DNA of 64,000 nucleotides. Source: Gemmatimonadota bacterium. GTDB taxonomy: Bacteria > Latescibacterota > UBA2968 > UBA8231. Position 1 is the stretch's first letter. Each line of letters begins with the position of its first letter. The notes beneath the pieces are model-generated. The model was given only the letters and a program-made list of their open reading frames with translations. It had not been told where the DNA came from and searched no databases. Position numbers and translations under genes: made by a program. Where the stretch lies: assembly GCA_038153405.1 (NCBI GenBank), contig JAYOYH010000013.1, positions 14,162-78,161 on the forward strand, written 5' to 3'. Of this stretch, positions 27,820 to 37,126 are shown piece after piece.

Positions 27820-30519
27820 CTAGAGCGCCTTTACGCGGACAGGGCAGACCTTTAGCTCGGCCGTTTCCGTAATCGGATCGTATCCCGAACCCGTCAGAAT
27901 ATTGATGGGCACGTCGTTAAAGCTGAAACTGGCAAAGACCGTGCCGCGGGGCGAACGGGACGACGAGCGCACGCGAATATCGACGCTGCCGCGCGCGCTG
28001 CTCATGCGGCACATCGAGCCGTCGCGAAGGCCCCAGGCCGTCACGTCGTCGGGGTGCACTTCTAGACTTTCTTCGGCCAGCAGATACTCGATGCCCTGAG
28101 CGCGTCCGGTTTGCGTGCGCGTGTGGTACGACTGCAGGCGGCGGCCCGTCGTCAGCCAAATGGGAAAGTCGTCGTTGATGGTCTCGGCTGGATCGCGGTA
28201 GTGAATGGTTTTAAATAGACCGCGGCCATTGGTGAATTCGCCTTCGTGCAGAATGGGCGTACCGGGGTGGTTCTCATGCGGCACGGGCCAGTGATATTGG
28301 CCCCCTTCAATGCGATCCCAATCTAGTCCAGCGTAAATGGGCGAGAGACTGCACAACTCATTGAAGACGTCCTCGGCAGAGGAAAAGTCAAAGCCGTCAA
28401 AGCCGAGGCGCTGGGCGATTTGCGATATAATCCACCAGTCGGGCTGGGCCTGTCCGACTGGGGGGACGGCCTGGCGCAGTCGCTGCACCCGGCGTTCGGT
28501 GTTGGTACAGACGCCATCGGTTTCGGCCCACGACGTGGCCGGTAGCACCACGTCGGCCAACTCGGCGGTCTCTGTGAGAAAGATATCGATAACGACCAGG
28601 TGTTCTAGGCTGCGCAGAGCGTGCTCGCAGTGGGTGCGATCGGGATCGGACACCAGCGTATTTTCGCCGTCGATGAGCATAGCAAAAATATCTTCGCCGG
28701 CCAGGTCTAGTGCGCGCACCTTGGTGATGCCCTTCTCCGCATCCATTTCGCGGCCGTACAGCCGTTCGAACTTGGCCTTGTTTTCTGGCCGGTCTACGGC
28801 TTGAAAGCCCGGGTAGTTAGAGGGAACGGCACCTGAATCGCCAGCGCCCTGAATGTTGTTCTGGCCGCGCATGGGGTTGATGCCGGTGCCTTCGCGGCCA
28901 ATGTGGCCGGTCATCAGCGCCAGGTTGCACAGGCTCTGCACGTTGTCGACACCGCAGATGTGCTCGGTGATGCCCAAGGTGTAATAAATAGCACCCCGCT
29001 CGGCCGCGCCGTACCAGCGCGCTGCCGTTTCGATATCGGCCGCCGGCACGCCGCTGATACGCTCGGCCCATTCGGGCGTAAACTGGCGCACGTGCGCGAG
29101 GAATTCTTCCGCGCCCGTCGTGCGCGCATCCGTGAAGTCGCGGTCGACCAGTCCTTCGCGTTCGATGACGTGGGCCATGCCCAGCAGCAGGGCGACATCC
29201 GACCCGACGCGCAGCGGCAGGTAGAGATCGGCCATGTCGGCCAGATCGATGCGCCGGGGATCGGCCACGATGAGCCGGGCGCCGCGCGCAATCGCTCGTT
29301 TTAACCGCGTGGCAGCGACCGGATGACACTCCGTCATATTAGTGCCAATGCAGAAGATCACATCGGGTTTTTCCATGTCGGCGAGAGGATTCGACATGGC
29401 ACCGCGTCCTATGGTAGCGGCCAGACCGGCCACCGTAGGCGCGTGTCAGGCACGGCTGCAATTGTCTATATAATGTGTGCCATAGCCGCGGCGAATGAAT
29501 TTTTGCATGCAGTAGTCGGCCTCCGACGGCGTGCGGCCAGAGGCCACGCCGTAGATGGCGTGGCGACCATGCTTTTCGAATACGTTGCGAAAACCGTCGG
29601 CGGCTCGGTCGAGGGCGGTGTCCCAATCGGTCTCGTGCAACTGGCCGTCGCTGCCGCGGACCAGCGGCATTTTCAAGCGATCGCGGTGTTGGACAAAGTC
29701 AAAGGCGAACTGCCCTTTTACGCAGAGCGCTCCTTCGTTGGCCGGGCCGTCCATCGCCGGTTGAATGCCCACGAGCTGGTCGCCCTTGGTCAGCAGGTCG
29801 ACCGCGCAGCCCACGCCACAGTACGGGCAAACCGAACGCGTCTTGGCTATCTCGCCCTCGGACTCTGCAGCGCGCAGGGCTTTTTTATCGGCTAGGGCAC
29901 CGGTGGGACAGGTCTGCACGCACTGGCCGCAGAACGTGCAGGACGACTCCTTGAGAATGGCGTCGAATTCGGTAGTGATCTGCTTATTGAAGCCGCGCCC
30001 GCTGGCCGCTATGGCGTAGTCGCCTTCGCGCTCGGCGCAGACGCGCACGCAGCGGTTGCACGAAATGCACAGATCGTAGTCGCGTAGAATAAAGGGATTG
30101 TCATCGGCTGCGTGCGAAGTGCCCGACTGCGCTCCGGCAAAGCGCCCCGTACGCGCTGCGTAGCGGTCGACCCAGTTGGTCAATTCCTGCGAGGCATAGC
30201 CGCGCAGGGGATCTACGTCGACCTGGCGGTTTTCCGACACGACGAGTTCCAAGAGCGTCTTGCGGTGTTTTTCTAATGCTGTGGTCGCCGTGCGGACGAC
30301 CATGCCAGCCGTCGCCTTGGTCGTGCAGGAAGCGACGGGATTGCGCACTCCTTCCACCTCAACCACGCACAGCCTGCACGAGCCAAAGGGTTCGAGGCGC
30401 GGATCGTAGCACAGCGTCGGGATAGTGCTGTGCGCGCGTTGTGCAATCTCGTAAAGGGTTTCGCCCGGGCTAAAGGCGACCTCTGCGCCGTCCAAGGTAA
30501 TGGTTGACGTATCGCTCAT
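27820..30519 (-). CDS. fdhF: Selenocysteine-containing formate dehydrogenase alpha subunit (899 aa; UGA=Sec at 29446-29448)
   Basis: The two track ORFs (29446..30519 and 27820..29433) are in the same frame, joined as IDNCSRA-UGA-HAPTVAGL, the Mo/W-ligand position of FdhF-type enzymes. N-terminal 2Fe-2S and 2x4Fe-4S motifs, CPYCGVGC, PMRGQNNIQG. Confidence 0.95.
29400..29445 (-). promoter_or_regulatory. Bacterial SECIS element
   Basis: After the UGA: 11-nt spacer CACGCGCCUAC, then stem GGUGGCC / loop GGUCU / GGCCGCU, with lower pairing GCG-CCUA / UAGG-CGC. Confidence 0.8.
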
Positions 30520-30527
30520 GACAAAGC

Positions 30528-32207
30528 CTATGGTTGCGCCAGATGGCGTTTGATCTGCTCGGGAAAGTGCGTTAGCAAGCTGCGGGTTATATGGGGGGCG
30601 GCCGCGCCGAGTCCGCAGGCGCTAGTGGCCATCATGGTTGCGCCTATGTCTTCGACCTCATCGCGCCAGGCGGCCAGATCGGTAAGTGGCGCAGTGGGAC
30701 TGAGGCGTTCGGCAAGGCGCTGCGTGCCAATGCGGCAGGGAAAGCACTTGCCGCACGATTCCTCGGCAAAAAAGTGCATGGCCTGGTGGGCGATCTCGAC
30801 CATATTGCGGCTGTCGTCAAAGACCATGATGCCGCCAGCACCCAGAAAGGATCCGTGCGCGCGAATGGAGGGATCGTCCAGCGTGGCGTTGAGGCCGTCG
30901 CCGGCTAGGAAACCGCCCGACAATCCGGCCATGGTCACGGCTTGGATGCGCCGTCCCTCGAGCGGACCGCCGGCCCAATCGCACAGCAGCGTTTGCAGCG
31001 GCAGGCCCAGCGGCACTTCGTAATTGCCTGGCTGCTGCACGTCGCCCGAGAGGCTGATGAGCTTGGTGCCGGCAAAGTCGCCCAGACCCAGTGACTGGTA
31101 CCAGGCGGCCCCGTGCACGACAATGGGCGCGACGGCGGCCAGCGTCTCGACGTTGTTTACGGCGGTGGGCTGGTCGTTAAAGCCGTGCGTGACCGGAAAA
31201 GGGGGGCGGTTGCGCGGGTAGGGATGTTTTCCCTCCAGGCTGTTGAGCAGGGAGCCTTCCTCGCCGCATATATAGGCGCCGGCGCCGCGGCGCAGGTGGA
31301 TATCGAAGGGTACGTCGGTTCCGCCGATATGGCGTCCGAGGAAGCCTTCGGCGCGCGCTTCATCCAGCGCCGTTGCCAATCGCCGTGCCGTTTCTGGATA
31401 CTCGTAGCGCAGGTAGATAAAGCCGAGTTCCGCGCCCGTGGCGTAGGCGGCCAAGATCATTCCTTCGATAACGGCATGGGGGTCGTAGTCGAGCAGCACG
31501 CGGTCTTTAAAACAGCCGGGCTCGCCCTCATCGGCATTGCACACGACGACCTTGGGGCCGCCGGGTGCCTCGGCTACGGCGCGCCACTTTTGCGCGGTGG
31601 GAAAGCCGGCTCCGCCGCGTCCGGCTAGTTGACTATCGCCGACGAGTTGGATGAGCGCCTGCGGACTATCTTGCAGGGCCTTGCCTAAGGCCAGGTAGCC
31701 GCCCGTGCGCCGGTAGCCTTCCATGGTATTGCGCTCTCCGTCGCGAATGTGGGCAAATAGACATTCTTCGCGGCCGCCGGGATTGGCCACGGGCAGGGCC
31801 GAGGGTTGGAGGGTGAGTGGGTCACCGGGTGCCGCTGTGTGTAGCCGATGGCCGATGAGCACGGGAATGGGCTGGTCGCAGCGGCCGGCACAGGGCATCT
31901 CGCTGGCCCCCTCCAATTGGGCTAGCAGTTGGTGCGCTCCGCGCTGACAGCAGATGGGGCCCGTGCAAACGCGCGGGGCCTGCTGGCCGGGGGGCTGTCG
32001 CGAGAAGTGATGGTAGAATGTGACCGTGGCATAGAGGTCGGCCAGGGGCGTGCGCAGCGCGCGCGCGATGGTGCGCAGCGCCTCATCGCTAAGGTAGCCA
32101 TCTCGGTCGTGGAAGGCGTGCAGGACGCCGAGCAGAGGAGCCGGCTGATCCTTCCATTGGGCGATGAGGGCGTCGTCGGATATTGCCGGGTTTTGTTCAT
32201 TGGACAT
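30528..32207 (-). CDS. NAD-linked FDH diaphorase subunit (NuoE-NuoF fusion)
   Basis: NuoE-like YATVTFYHHF, CTGPICC, CAGRC. NuoF-like GRGGAGFPT, CNADEGEPG, GAGAYICGEE, ESCGKCFPCRIG, SACGLG. Confidence 0.92.
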   Translation of the reverse strand: MSNEQNPAISDDALIAQWKDQPAPLLGVLHAFHDRDGYLSDEALRTIARALRTPLADLYATVTFYHHFSRQPPGQQAPRVCTGPICCQRGAHQLLAQLEGASEMPCAGRCDQPIPVLIGHRLHTAAPGDPLTLQPSALPVANPGGREECLFAHIRDGERNTMEGYRRTGGYLALGKALQDSPQALIQLVGDSQLAGRGGAGFPTAQKWRAVAEAPGGPKVVVCNADEGEPGCFKDRVLLDYDPHAVIEGMILAAYATGAELGFIYLRYEYPETARRLATALDEARAEGFLGRHIGGTDVPFDIHLRRGAGAYICGEEGSLLNSLEGKHPYPRNRPPFPVTHGFNDQPTAVNNVETLAAVAPIVVHGAAWYQSLGLGDFAGTKLISLSGDVQQPGNYEVPLGLPLQTLLCDWAGGPLEGRRIQAVTMAGLSGGFLAGDGLNATLDDPSIRAHGSFLGAGGIMVFDDSRNMVEIAHQAMHFFAEESCGKCFPCRIGTQRLAERLSPTAPLTDLAAWRDEVEDIGATMMATSACGLGAAAPHITRSLLTHFPEQIKRHLAQP

Positions 32208-32312
32208 AGTGTAATTAATATCAACGGGCCGCATCTGGTCAAGTCGTTTGATGGCGCGGCCGTATGATCGTAGATTGTGCAGTCACCACCGGTCAAATCG
32301 CGGAGAGCACGC

Positions 32313-33512
32313 ATGGGCGAGCGCAAAAAAATAGCGGCGATAATCACGACGTACTATCCCTTTTCACATGCAGATGTAATCGTATCCAAGTTCCTCAAGG
32401 GGTTTCCCACCGACGAAGGCCTCGAGGCGCCGCTGGTCGATATCGCATCCTTTTACATGGACCAAGTGCACGAGCGCGACGTGGGGCTAGCGCTGGCCGA
32501 AGAATACGGCATTCCGCGCTACGGCAGCATTGTGGCGGCGCTGTGTCTGGGGGGGAAGGAACTGGCCGTCGACGGTGTATTGGTCATCGGCGAGCACGGC
32601 GATTACGCTTGGAATGAAAAGGAGCAACACCTCTACCCGCGCCGCTACTTTTTCGAGCAGATTTGCGGCGTATTCGCCGCGTCGGGTCGTTCGGTGCCGG
32701 TTTTTTCTGACAAGCACCTGTCGTGGAACTGGGAGCATGCGCGTTGGATGTACGACCGCGCGCGCCATTTAGACGTGCCTTTTATGGCCGGATCCTCGCT
32801 GCCGCTGTGCTACCGCCGTCCCTGGCTCGAACACGCGCTCGAAACGCCAATGGAAGAGGCCCTCTCCATCGCCTATGGTGGACTCGACTCGTACGGCTTT
32901 CACGGGCTTGAAACGCTGCAGTGCATGGTCGAGCGCCGCGCTGGCGGCGAAACGGGAATCGCCGCCGTGCAGTGTCTGGAAGGGGATGCCGTGTGGCAGG
33001 CCTGTGACGATGGGCTGTGGTCGGGGGAACTGGCCGAGGCCGCCCTGGCCCACATCGAGCCAAAGGGAGAGGGCGGTCTGCGTGAGAACAGCGATCGCGC
33101 CGCCGTTTTCCTGCTCGAATACGCCGATGGGTTTAAGGCTGCAACGCTGATGGCCAATGGCTTTAGCGGTTGGCTCAGGGGATGGGGATACGCCGCTCGC
33201 GTGCAGGGACAGGTGCACTCGTGTGAGTTCTATCTGCACGGCGACCCGCATCCGCACTTTACCTTTTTGGGCTTGAACGCGCAGGACTTATTTATCACCG
33301 GCGAGCCGACCTATCCGGTTGAGCGCACGCTGTTGGTCAGCGGCGCGCTCGATGCGCTGCTCGACTCGCGCCACCGGGGACACGTGCGGGTCGAGACGCC
33401 TCATCTCGACGTGGCCTATCGCTCGTACGAGCGACTGCCGCGCCGGGCGATGATTGAGCGGCCAACCGGGCCTGCTACTGTGCCGTGGCGACCGGAATTG
33501 GCCAAGAAATAG
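32313..33512 (+). CDS. Conserved hypothetical protein, possibly Gfo/Idh/MocA-like fold
   Basis: Long ORF. VDGVLVIGEHGDY, PVFSDKHL, FMAGSSLP, YGFHGLE. Function not recognisable. Confidence 0.7.
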   Translation: MGERKKIAAIITTYYPFSHADVIVSKFLKGFPTDEGLEAPLVDIASFYMDQVHERDVGLALAEEYGIPRYGSIVAALCLGGKELAVDGVLVIGEHGDYAWNEKEQHLYPRRYFFEQICGVFAASGRSVPVFSDKHLSWNWEHARWMYDRARHLDVPFMAGSSLPLCYRRPWLEHALETPMEEALSIAYGGLDSYGFHGLETLQCMVERRAGGETGIAAVQCLEGDAVWQACDDGLWSGELAEAALAHIEPKGEGGLRENSDRAAVFLLEYADGFKAATLMANGFSGWLRGWGYAARVQGQVHSCEFYLHGDPHPHFTFLGLNAQDLFITGEPTYPVERTLLVSGALDALLDSRHRGHVRVETPHLDVAYRSYERLPRRAMIERPTGPATVPWRPELAKK

Positions 33513-33563
33513 AGGGATGTGAACCACGTCGTTTGGCAACGACACTAACTCGGGAGCAACGAT

Positions 33564-34109
33564 ATGGCAGACGTATTAATTGTGGGCGATGGCCCGGCCG
33601 GTTTAAGCGCGGCGCTCTTCTTGGCCAAGAACGAGATGAGCGTTAAAGTGTTTGGCCTAGACAAGACCTTGATGCACAAGGCGATGGTCTTCAACTATCT
33701 GGGCATCCCGGAGATCACCGGCAGCCAGTTCCAGAAGATTGGTCGGCAGCAGGTGCAGCACTTCGGTGGGGCGTTGCTCGATGTCGAAGTGGATAGCGTG
33801 GAAAAAGTCGATGGGGGCTTCACCCTGCGTGCGGCGGACGGAACGGAGCACGAGGGGGCTTATTTGATTCTGGCCACGGGTCCGAGCAATCCGCTGGCCG
33901 AAAGCCTCGGCATCGAAAAGGGCGCAGAGGGCATGGTATCGGATCGCAATGGCCGCACCGCCATTGATGGACTCTATGTAGTAGGGTGGAGCTCGCGCCT
34001 GAAGAAAATACAGGCCGTGATTTCGGCCGGCGATGGCGCCTGCGCCGCGCTAGATATTCTATCGGCCCGCGCTGGCGAAGATATGCATGATTTTGACGTG
34101 ATCGAATAA
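33564..34109 (+). CDS. Short FAD-dependent oxidoreductase (thioredoxin-reductase-like FAD domain only)
   Basis: VLIVGDGPAGLSAA, LILATG, TAIDGLYVVG, QAVISAGDG. 181 aa, no CxxC. Confidence 0.8.
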   Translation: MADVLIVGDGPAGLSAALFLAKNEMSVKVFGLDKTLMHKAMVFNYLGIPEITGSQFQKIGRQQVQHFGGALLDVEVDSVEKVDGGFTLRAADGTEHEGAYLILATGPSNPLAESLGIEKGAEGMVSDRNGRTAIDGLYVVGWSSRLKKIQAVISAGDGACAALDILSARAGEDMHDFDVIE

Positions 34110-34166
34110 AAAATGGCATTCCTCCACGGACTCGGCCTTTTGGGCTTTGGCCGCGAAGGAATGCCA
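34108..34166 (-). terminator. Intrinsic terminator oriented for a minus-strand transcript
   Basis: tggcattcct (34114-34123) / aggaatgcca (34157-34166). The A6 at 34108-34113 gives a U-tract only on the minus strand. Confidence 0.65.
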
Positions 34167-34187
34167 AGCGGGTAACACTCAGAGTTG
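34108..34187 (-). ncRNA. Putative ~80-nt sigma-54-dependent small RNA
   Basis: Lies between a consensus sigma-54 box and a hairpin (UGGCAUUCCU...AGGAAUGCCA) followed by U6 on the minus strand. No ORF within. Confidence 0.55.
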
Positions 34188-34197
34188 CCTGTGAATT

Positions 34198-34213
34198 AGC
34201 AAGGCTCGTGCCA
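34198..34213 (-). promoter_or_regulatory. sigma-54 (-24/-12) promoter TGGCACGAGCCTTGCT
   Basis: Exact match to the consensus TGGCACG-N4-TTGCW, in an intergenic region. Confidence 0.8.
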
Positions 34214-34241
34214 GCGCATAGAGCCGGCGTTGTGAATTTCC

Positions 34242-34254
34242 TAAATTCTTGATT
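34242..34254 (-). promoter_or_regulatory. IHF-binding consensus AATCAAGAATTTA
   Basis: Matches WATCAANNNNTTR, with an A-rich tract on its 5' side, about 30 bp upstream of the sigma-54 box. Confidence 0.6.
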
Positions 34255-34267
34255 TTATTTGTTTTAT

Positions 34268-34313
34268 AAAAATAGCGACGTTCTCTTTGCGCATGGAGAA
34301 CGTCGCTATTTTT
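34268..34313. repeat. Perfect 18-bp inverted repeat (enhancer site or bidirectional terminator)
   Basis: aaaaatagcgacgttctc-N10-gagaacgtcgctattttt. Confidence 0.9.
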
Positions 34314-34481
34314 TCTCTATGCGGTTGAATGTAGGGAGAATTTATCCCCATTGCCTGCGCTGCCGTAGAGGCAATGGGGCGGGGACGGACGATTGCCGAA
34401 TGCCTCGTAAGTTGTTGACTTTTTAGAGTCGTAAGCATTATATTGCGATCAGTTCCTGTTCTTTCAGATGGGTGTGCAGCT

Positions 34482-34799
34482 ATGATCTGGACGATGTTAG
34501 CCATGCTCTGCGTGGTGGCTACGAAATTCCTCACCTCCGTGCGTCTGCGCGGGCTGCGGGCTAAGTTCGAATCGATTCAACCTGAGATCGATGATCTGCG
34601 CCTTAAAGTGTCCCAGACCGAAGAGGAAATGGAAGCGCTGCGGTTGAAGGTTGAAGAACGAGAACAACTGCTCACCAACTTGGGCGATGTGGTGCGTGTT
34701 CTCGAAGATAGTTTGAAGCGGCCCATCACCGATGTCGACACGCAGGATCGCGTGCAACTTGTGGAGTCTACCGTCGTTGAAGAAGGGGCCGGTGTCTGA
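34482..34799 (+). CDS. Small N-terminally anchored coiled-coil protein
   Basis: Hydrophobic MIWTMLAMLCVVAT, then a heptad-rich E/K/L segment. Own putative promoter (TTGACT-N18-TATATT, 34415-34444) and terminator. Confidence 0.75.
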   Translation: MIWTMLAMLCVVATKFLTSVRLRGLRAKFESIQPEIDDLRLKVSQTEEEMEALRLKVEEREQLLTNLGDVVRVLEDSLKRPITDVDTQDRVQLVESTVVEEGAGV

Positions 34800-34825
34800 G
34801 CAGCCCGTTGTCGTCTCCATTAATC

Positions 34826-34859
34826 GCCTGTTCGCCGTGTAGCGAGCAGGTTTTTTTTT
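34826..34859 (+). terminator. Intrinsic terminator
   Basis: cctgttcgc-cgtgta-gcgagcagg followed by T9. Confidence 0.85.
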
Positions 34860-34878
34860 ACGCGTTTTCAAACGATAT

Positions 34879-35631
34879 ATGGCAGAACAGCATACCAGCG
34901 CCATGGGTAGACTGCGCGACTACAAATCGCATTATGCAGCGGATGCCGAAGCGATTGTCGATCCGCAGGCGCTCAATCCCCACTGGCACGCCTCCGAACG
35001 GCGGCGCTTACAGCTGCTGGTTCGCCTAGCGCGCCTAGAAGCAGGACAGCGCCTACTGGATATCGGTTGTGGTTCGGGTTGGCTGGCCGATCAATTTCGC
35101 TGCGCTGGGGCCGCCGTTACCGCCGTGGACATCGGCCTAAAAGGCGTGCGCGGTGCTAGGGCGCGCTTTCCGCAGAGCGCTGTCTATCACGTGGGCGATC
35201 TGTATCACCTGCCCTATGCCAACGGGCACTTTGACGCGCTCGTATTATCGGAGGTCGTCGAACACCTCGAGGACATACCGGCCGCCCTTGGCGAAGCGGC
35301 GCGCGTGCTCAGGCCAGGCGGTCGCATGCTCATCAGCGTGCCCTATCGCGAAAAGGTCGTCGAACATCTGTGTATACACTGCAATCAGCTGACGCCGGCC
35401 AATGCCCATCTGCATAGCTTTGATCGCGAGGTGCTGACTTCGCTGTGTCGCGGTGCGGGCTTCGACGTGGTCGAGACCCGCCTGTTGGCCAACAAGCTGT
35501 CGGAGTTGGCGGGATTTCCGCTCCTTAGCGCGCGCTGGCCCTATGCCGGCTGGCGCGCTGTCGACGCCCTGCTCAATCGCCTGTTACCCAAGCCCTCCTT
35601 TATGGCGATGCTGGCGCATAAGCAATCCTAG
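34879..35631 (+). CDS. Class I SAM-dependent methyltransferase
   Basis: LLDIGCGSG, GDLYHLPY, EVVEHL, RVLRPGG. Confidence 0.9.
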   Translation: MAEQHTSAMGRLRDYKSHYAADAEAIVDPQALNPHWHASERRRLQLLVRLARLEAGQRLLDIGCGSGWLADQFRCAGAAVTAVDIGLKGVRGARARFPQSAVYHVGDLYHLPYANGHFDALVLSEVVEHLEDIPAALGEAARVLRPGGRMLISVPYREKVVEHLCIHCNQLTPANAHLHSFDREVLTSLCRGAGFDVVETRLLANKLSELAGFPLLSARWPYAGWRAVDALLNRLLPKPSFMAMLAHKQS

Positions 35632-35632
35632 C

Positions 35633-37126
35633 ATGGGGCGGCTGACCCGCAAGGTGGGTATCGTCGCGCTGGGCAGGGCGGCCAATGCCTTGGCCATGTA
35701 TGCCATGTATGCGCTGGCGGCGCGCACGTGGGACAAGGCCCAGTGCGAGGTCTTCGCGGCTATGTGGGTGTTGAGCAACGCGCTCGTGCCCATTTTTTCG
35801 CTGGGTTTGCCCACTGCCGTTCTCTATTTCTTTCCCCGACGAGAGGATGTGCGCAGATTGGCGCTGCAGGGAGGGAGCATCGCCCTGCTGTCGGCGCTGG
35901 TTCTGGGAGGAGTCCTCTATGCGCTAGGCCTGTCGCTGCTGTCGGTTCTGCACGGCGAGGACGGCTTGCCAGCGGGCATGGAGGAGCCGCTGACGGTGTT
36001 TATTCCCTACGCGATGGCGCTGGTCGCTACAGGGGTGTGCGATGCGCTGTTGGTGGCCGCTGAGCGGGCCCAATGGCAAGCGCTGCTGAGCCTGGGCACG
36101 GCGCTGGGGTTGGTTGGCGCCGCGGGGTTGGGCTTGTTGGTGGGCCTGTCGCCCGAGCAGGTCTTGGCGCTGGTATCGCTGGTGGGCTTGCTGCGTCTGG
36201 CAATGGGGTACGTGCTGGTTTACCGGGCGCTGGGCGCTGGGCGCTGGAGCGCGGGCGAGGGGTGGTCCGCGCTGCTGGCCTACAGTCGTCCTATCGCCCT
36301 GAACGATGCGGTCGGCGCGCTATCGCGCTCTGTCGATCGCATGGTCATCCTCTATTTTTTTACCCACGAAACCTTTGCTGAATACCATTTTGGCGCCGTA
36401 GAAGTGCCGATTAGCCTCCTGCTGGCCGCCGTCGTTTCGGTGCTGGTGCCGGAGGTCAGCCAGCTCTATCAGCGCGGTCAGATGCAGGCCATCGCGCGGC
36501 TGTGGCGCCAGGCTGTTTCGCGCCTAGCGCTGGTGGCGTTGCCGCTGTTCTGCTTTCTCTTCGCCTTTGCCGACCTCTTTATCGGCTGGTATCTGCCGGC
36601 AGGATACGAAGCCTCGACGTGGGTTTTCCGCATCTTTCTCCTGTCGCTGCCCCTGCGCTGTGCCATCTATAATCCGCTGTTGGTGGGCATGGGCAAGGCT
36701 TCGTGGGCTCTGTGGGGAAGTTTAGGGGATTTAGTCCTCAACGGCGCGCTGAGCGTTGGGTTGGTCTTCTGGCTGCAGGGGCACTGGGCGCAGTGGGCGT
36801 TTTTAGGGCCGGCGCTGGCCACGGTTATGGCGACGTATCTCCAAGTCATCTTTTTGGTGGGGGCTATTGGAGTGCACCTGCGCTGGTCCTGGTCTGAACT
36901 GCTGCCGTGGTGGGAGCTGTTTCACCTCGCCTTGGCTGGTGCGTTGGCCGCCGCGCTGGCCCGCTGGGTCGTTCAGGGGAGCGATGTGGCGGCATGGGGC
37001 CAGCTGTTCTTGGGCGGTGTTTTGTTCGCGATCTCGCTGAGCGCCGTGCTCTGCTGCAGTCGCACACAGCGGCAAGCGCTACGCGCCCTATATGTGTCTA
37101 TTGCCGGTGTGCGAGGGGAGCGATGA
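35633..37126 (+). CDS. Oligosaccharide flippase (Wzx/MOP family)
   Basis: About 12-14 TM segments. SLGLPTAVLYF, VDRMVI, VLVPEVSQL. Start at ATG 35633. Confidence 0.8.
   Translation: MGRLTRKVGIVALGRAANALAMYAMYALAARTWDKAQCEVFAAMWVLSNALVPIFSLGLPTAVLYFFPRREDVRRLALQGGSIALLSALVLGGVLYALGLSLLSVLHGEDGLPAGMEEPLTVFIPYAMALVATGVCDALLVAAERAQWQALLSLGTALGLVGAAGLGLLVGLSPEQVLALVSLVGLLRLAMGYVLVYRALGAGRWSAGEGWSALLAYSRPIALNDAVGALSRSVDRMVILYFFTHETFAEYHFGAVEVPISLLLAAVVSVLVPEVSQLYQRGQMQAIARLWRQAVSRLALVALPLFCFLFAFADLFIGWYLPAGYEASTWVFRIFLLSLPLRCAIYNPLLVGMGKASWALWGSLGDLVLNGALSVGLVFWLQGHWAQWAFLGPALATVMATYLQVIFLVGAIGVHLRWSWSELLPWWELFHLALAGALAAALARWVVQGSDVAAWGQLFLGGVLFAISLSAVLCCSRTQRQALRALYVSIAGVRGER

Noticed and set aside
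29434..29448. FDH alpha as a pseudogene or two separate genes
   Set aside because: Both parts are in the same frame, the TGA falls at the catalytic Cys/Sec position, and a SECIS-like hairpin follows.
34241..34534. 97-aa minus-strand ORF as a real gene
   Set aside because: It overlaps the start of the plus-strand coiled-coil gene, runs through the palindrome and promoter elements, and has no recognisable motif.
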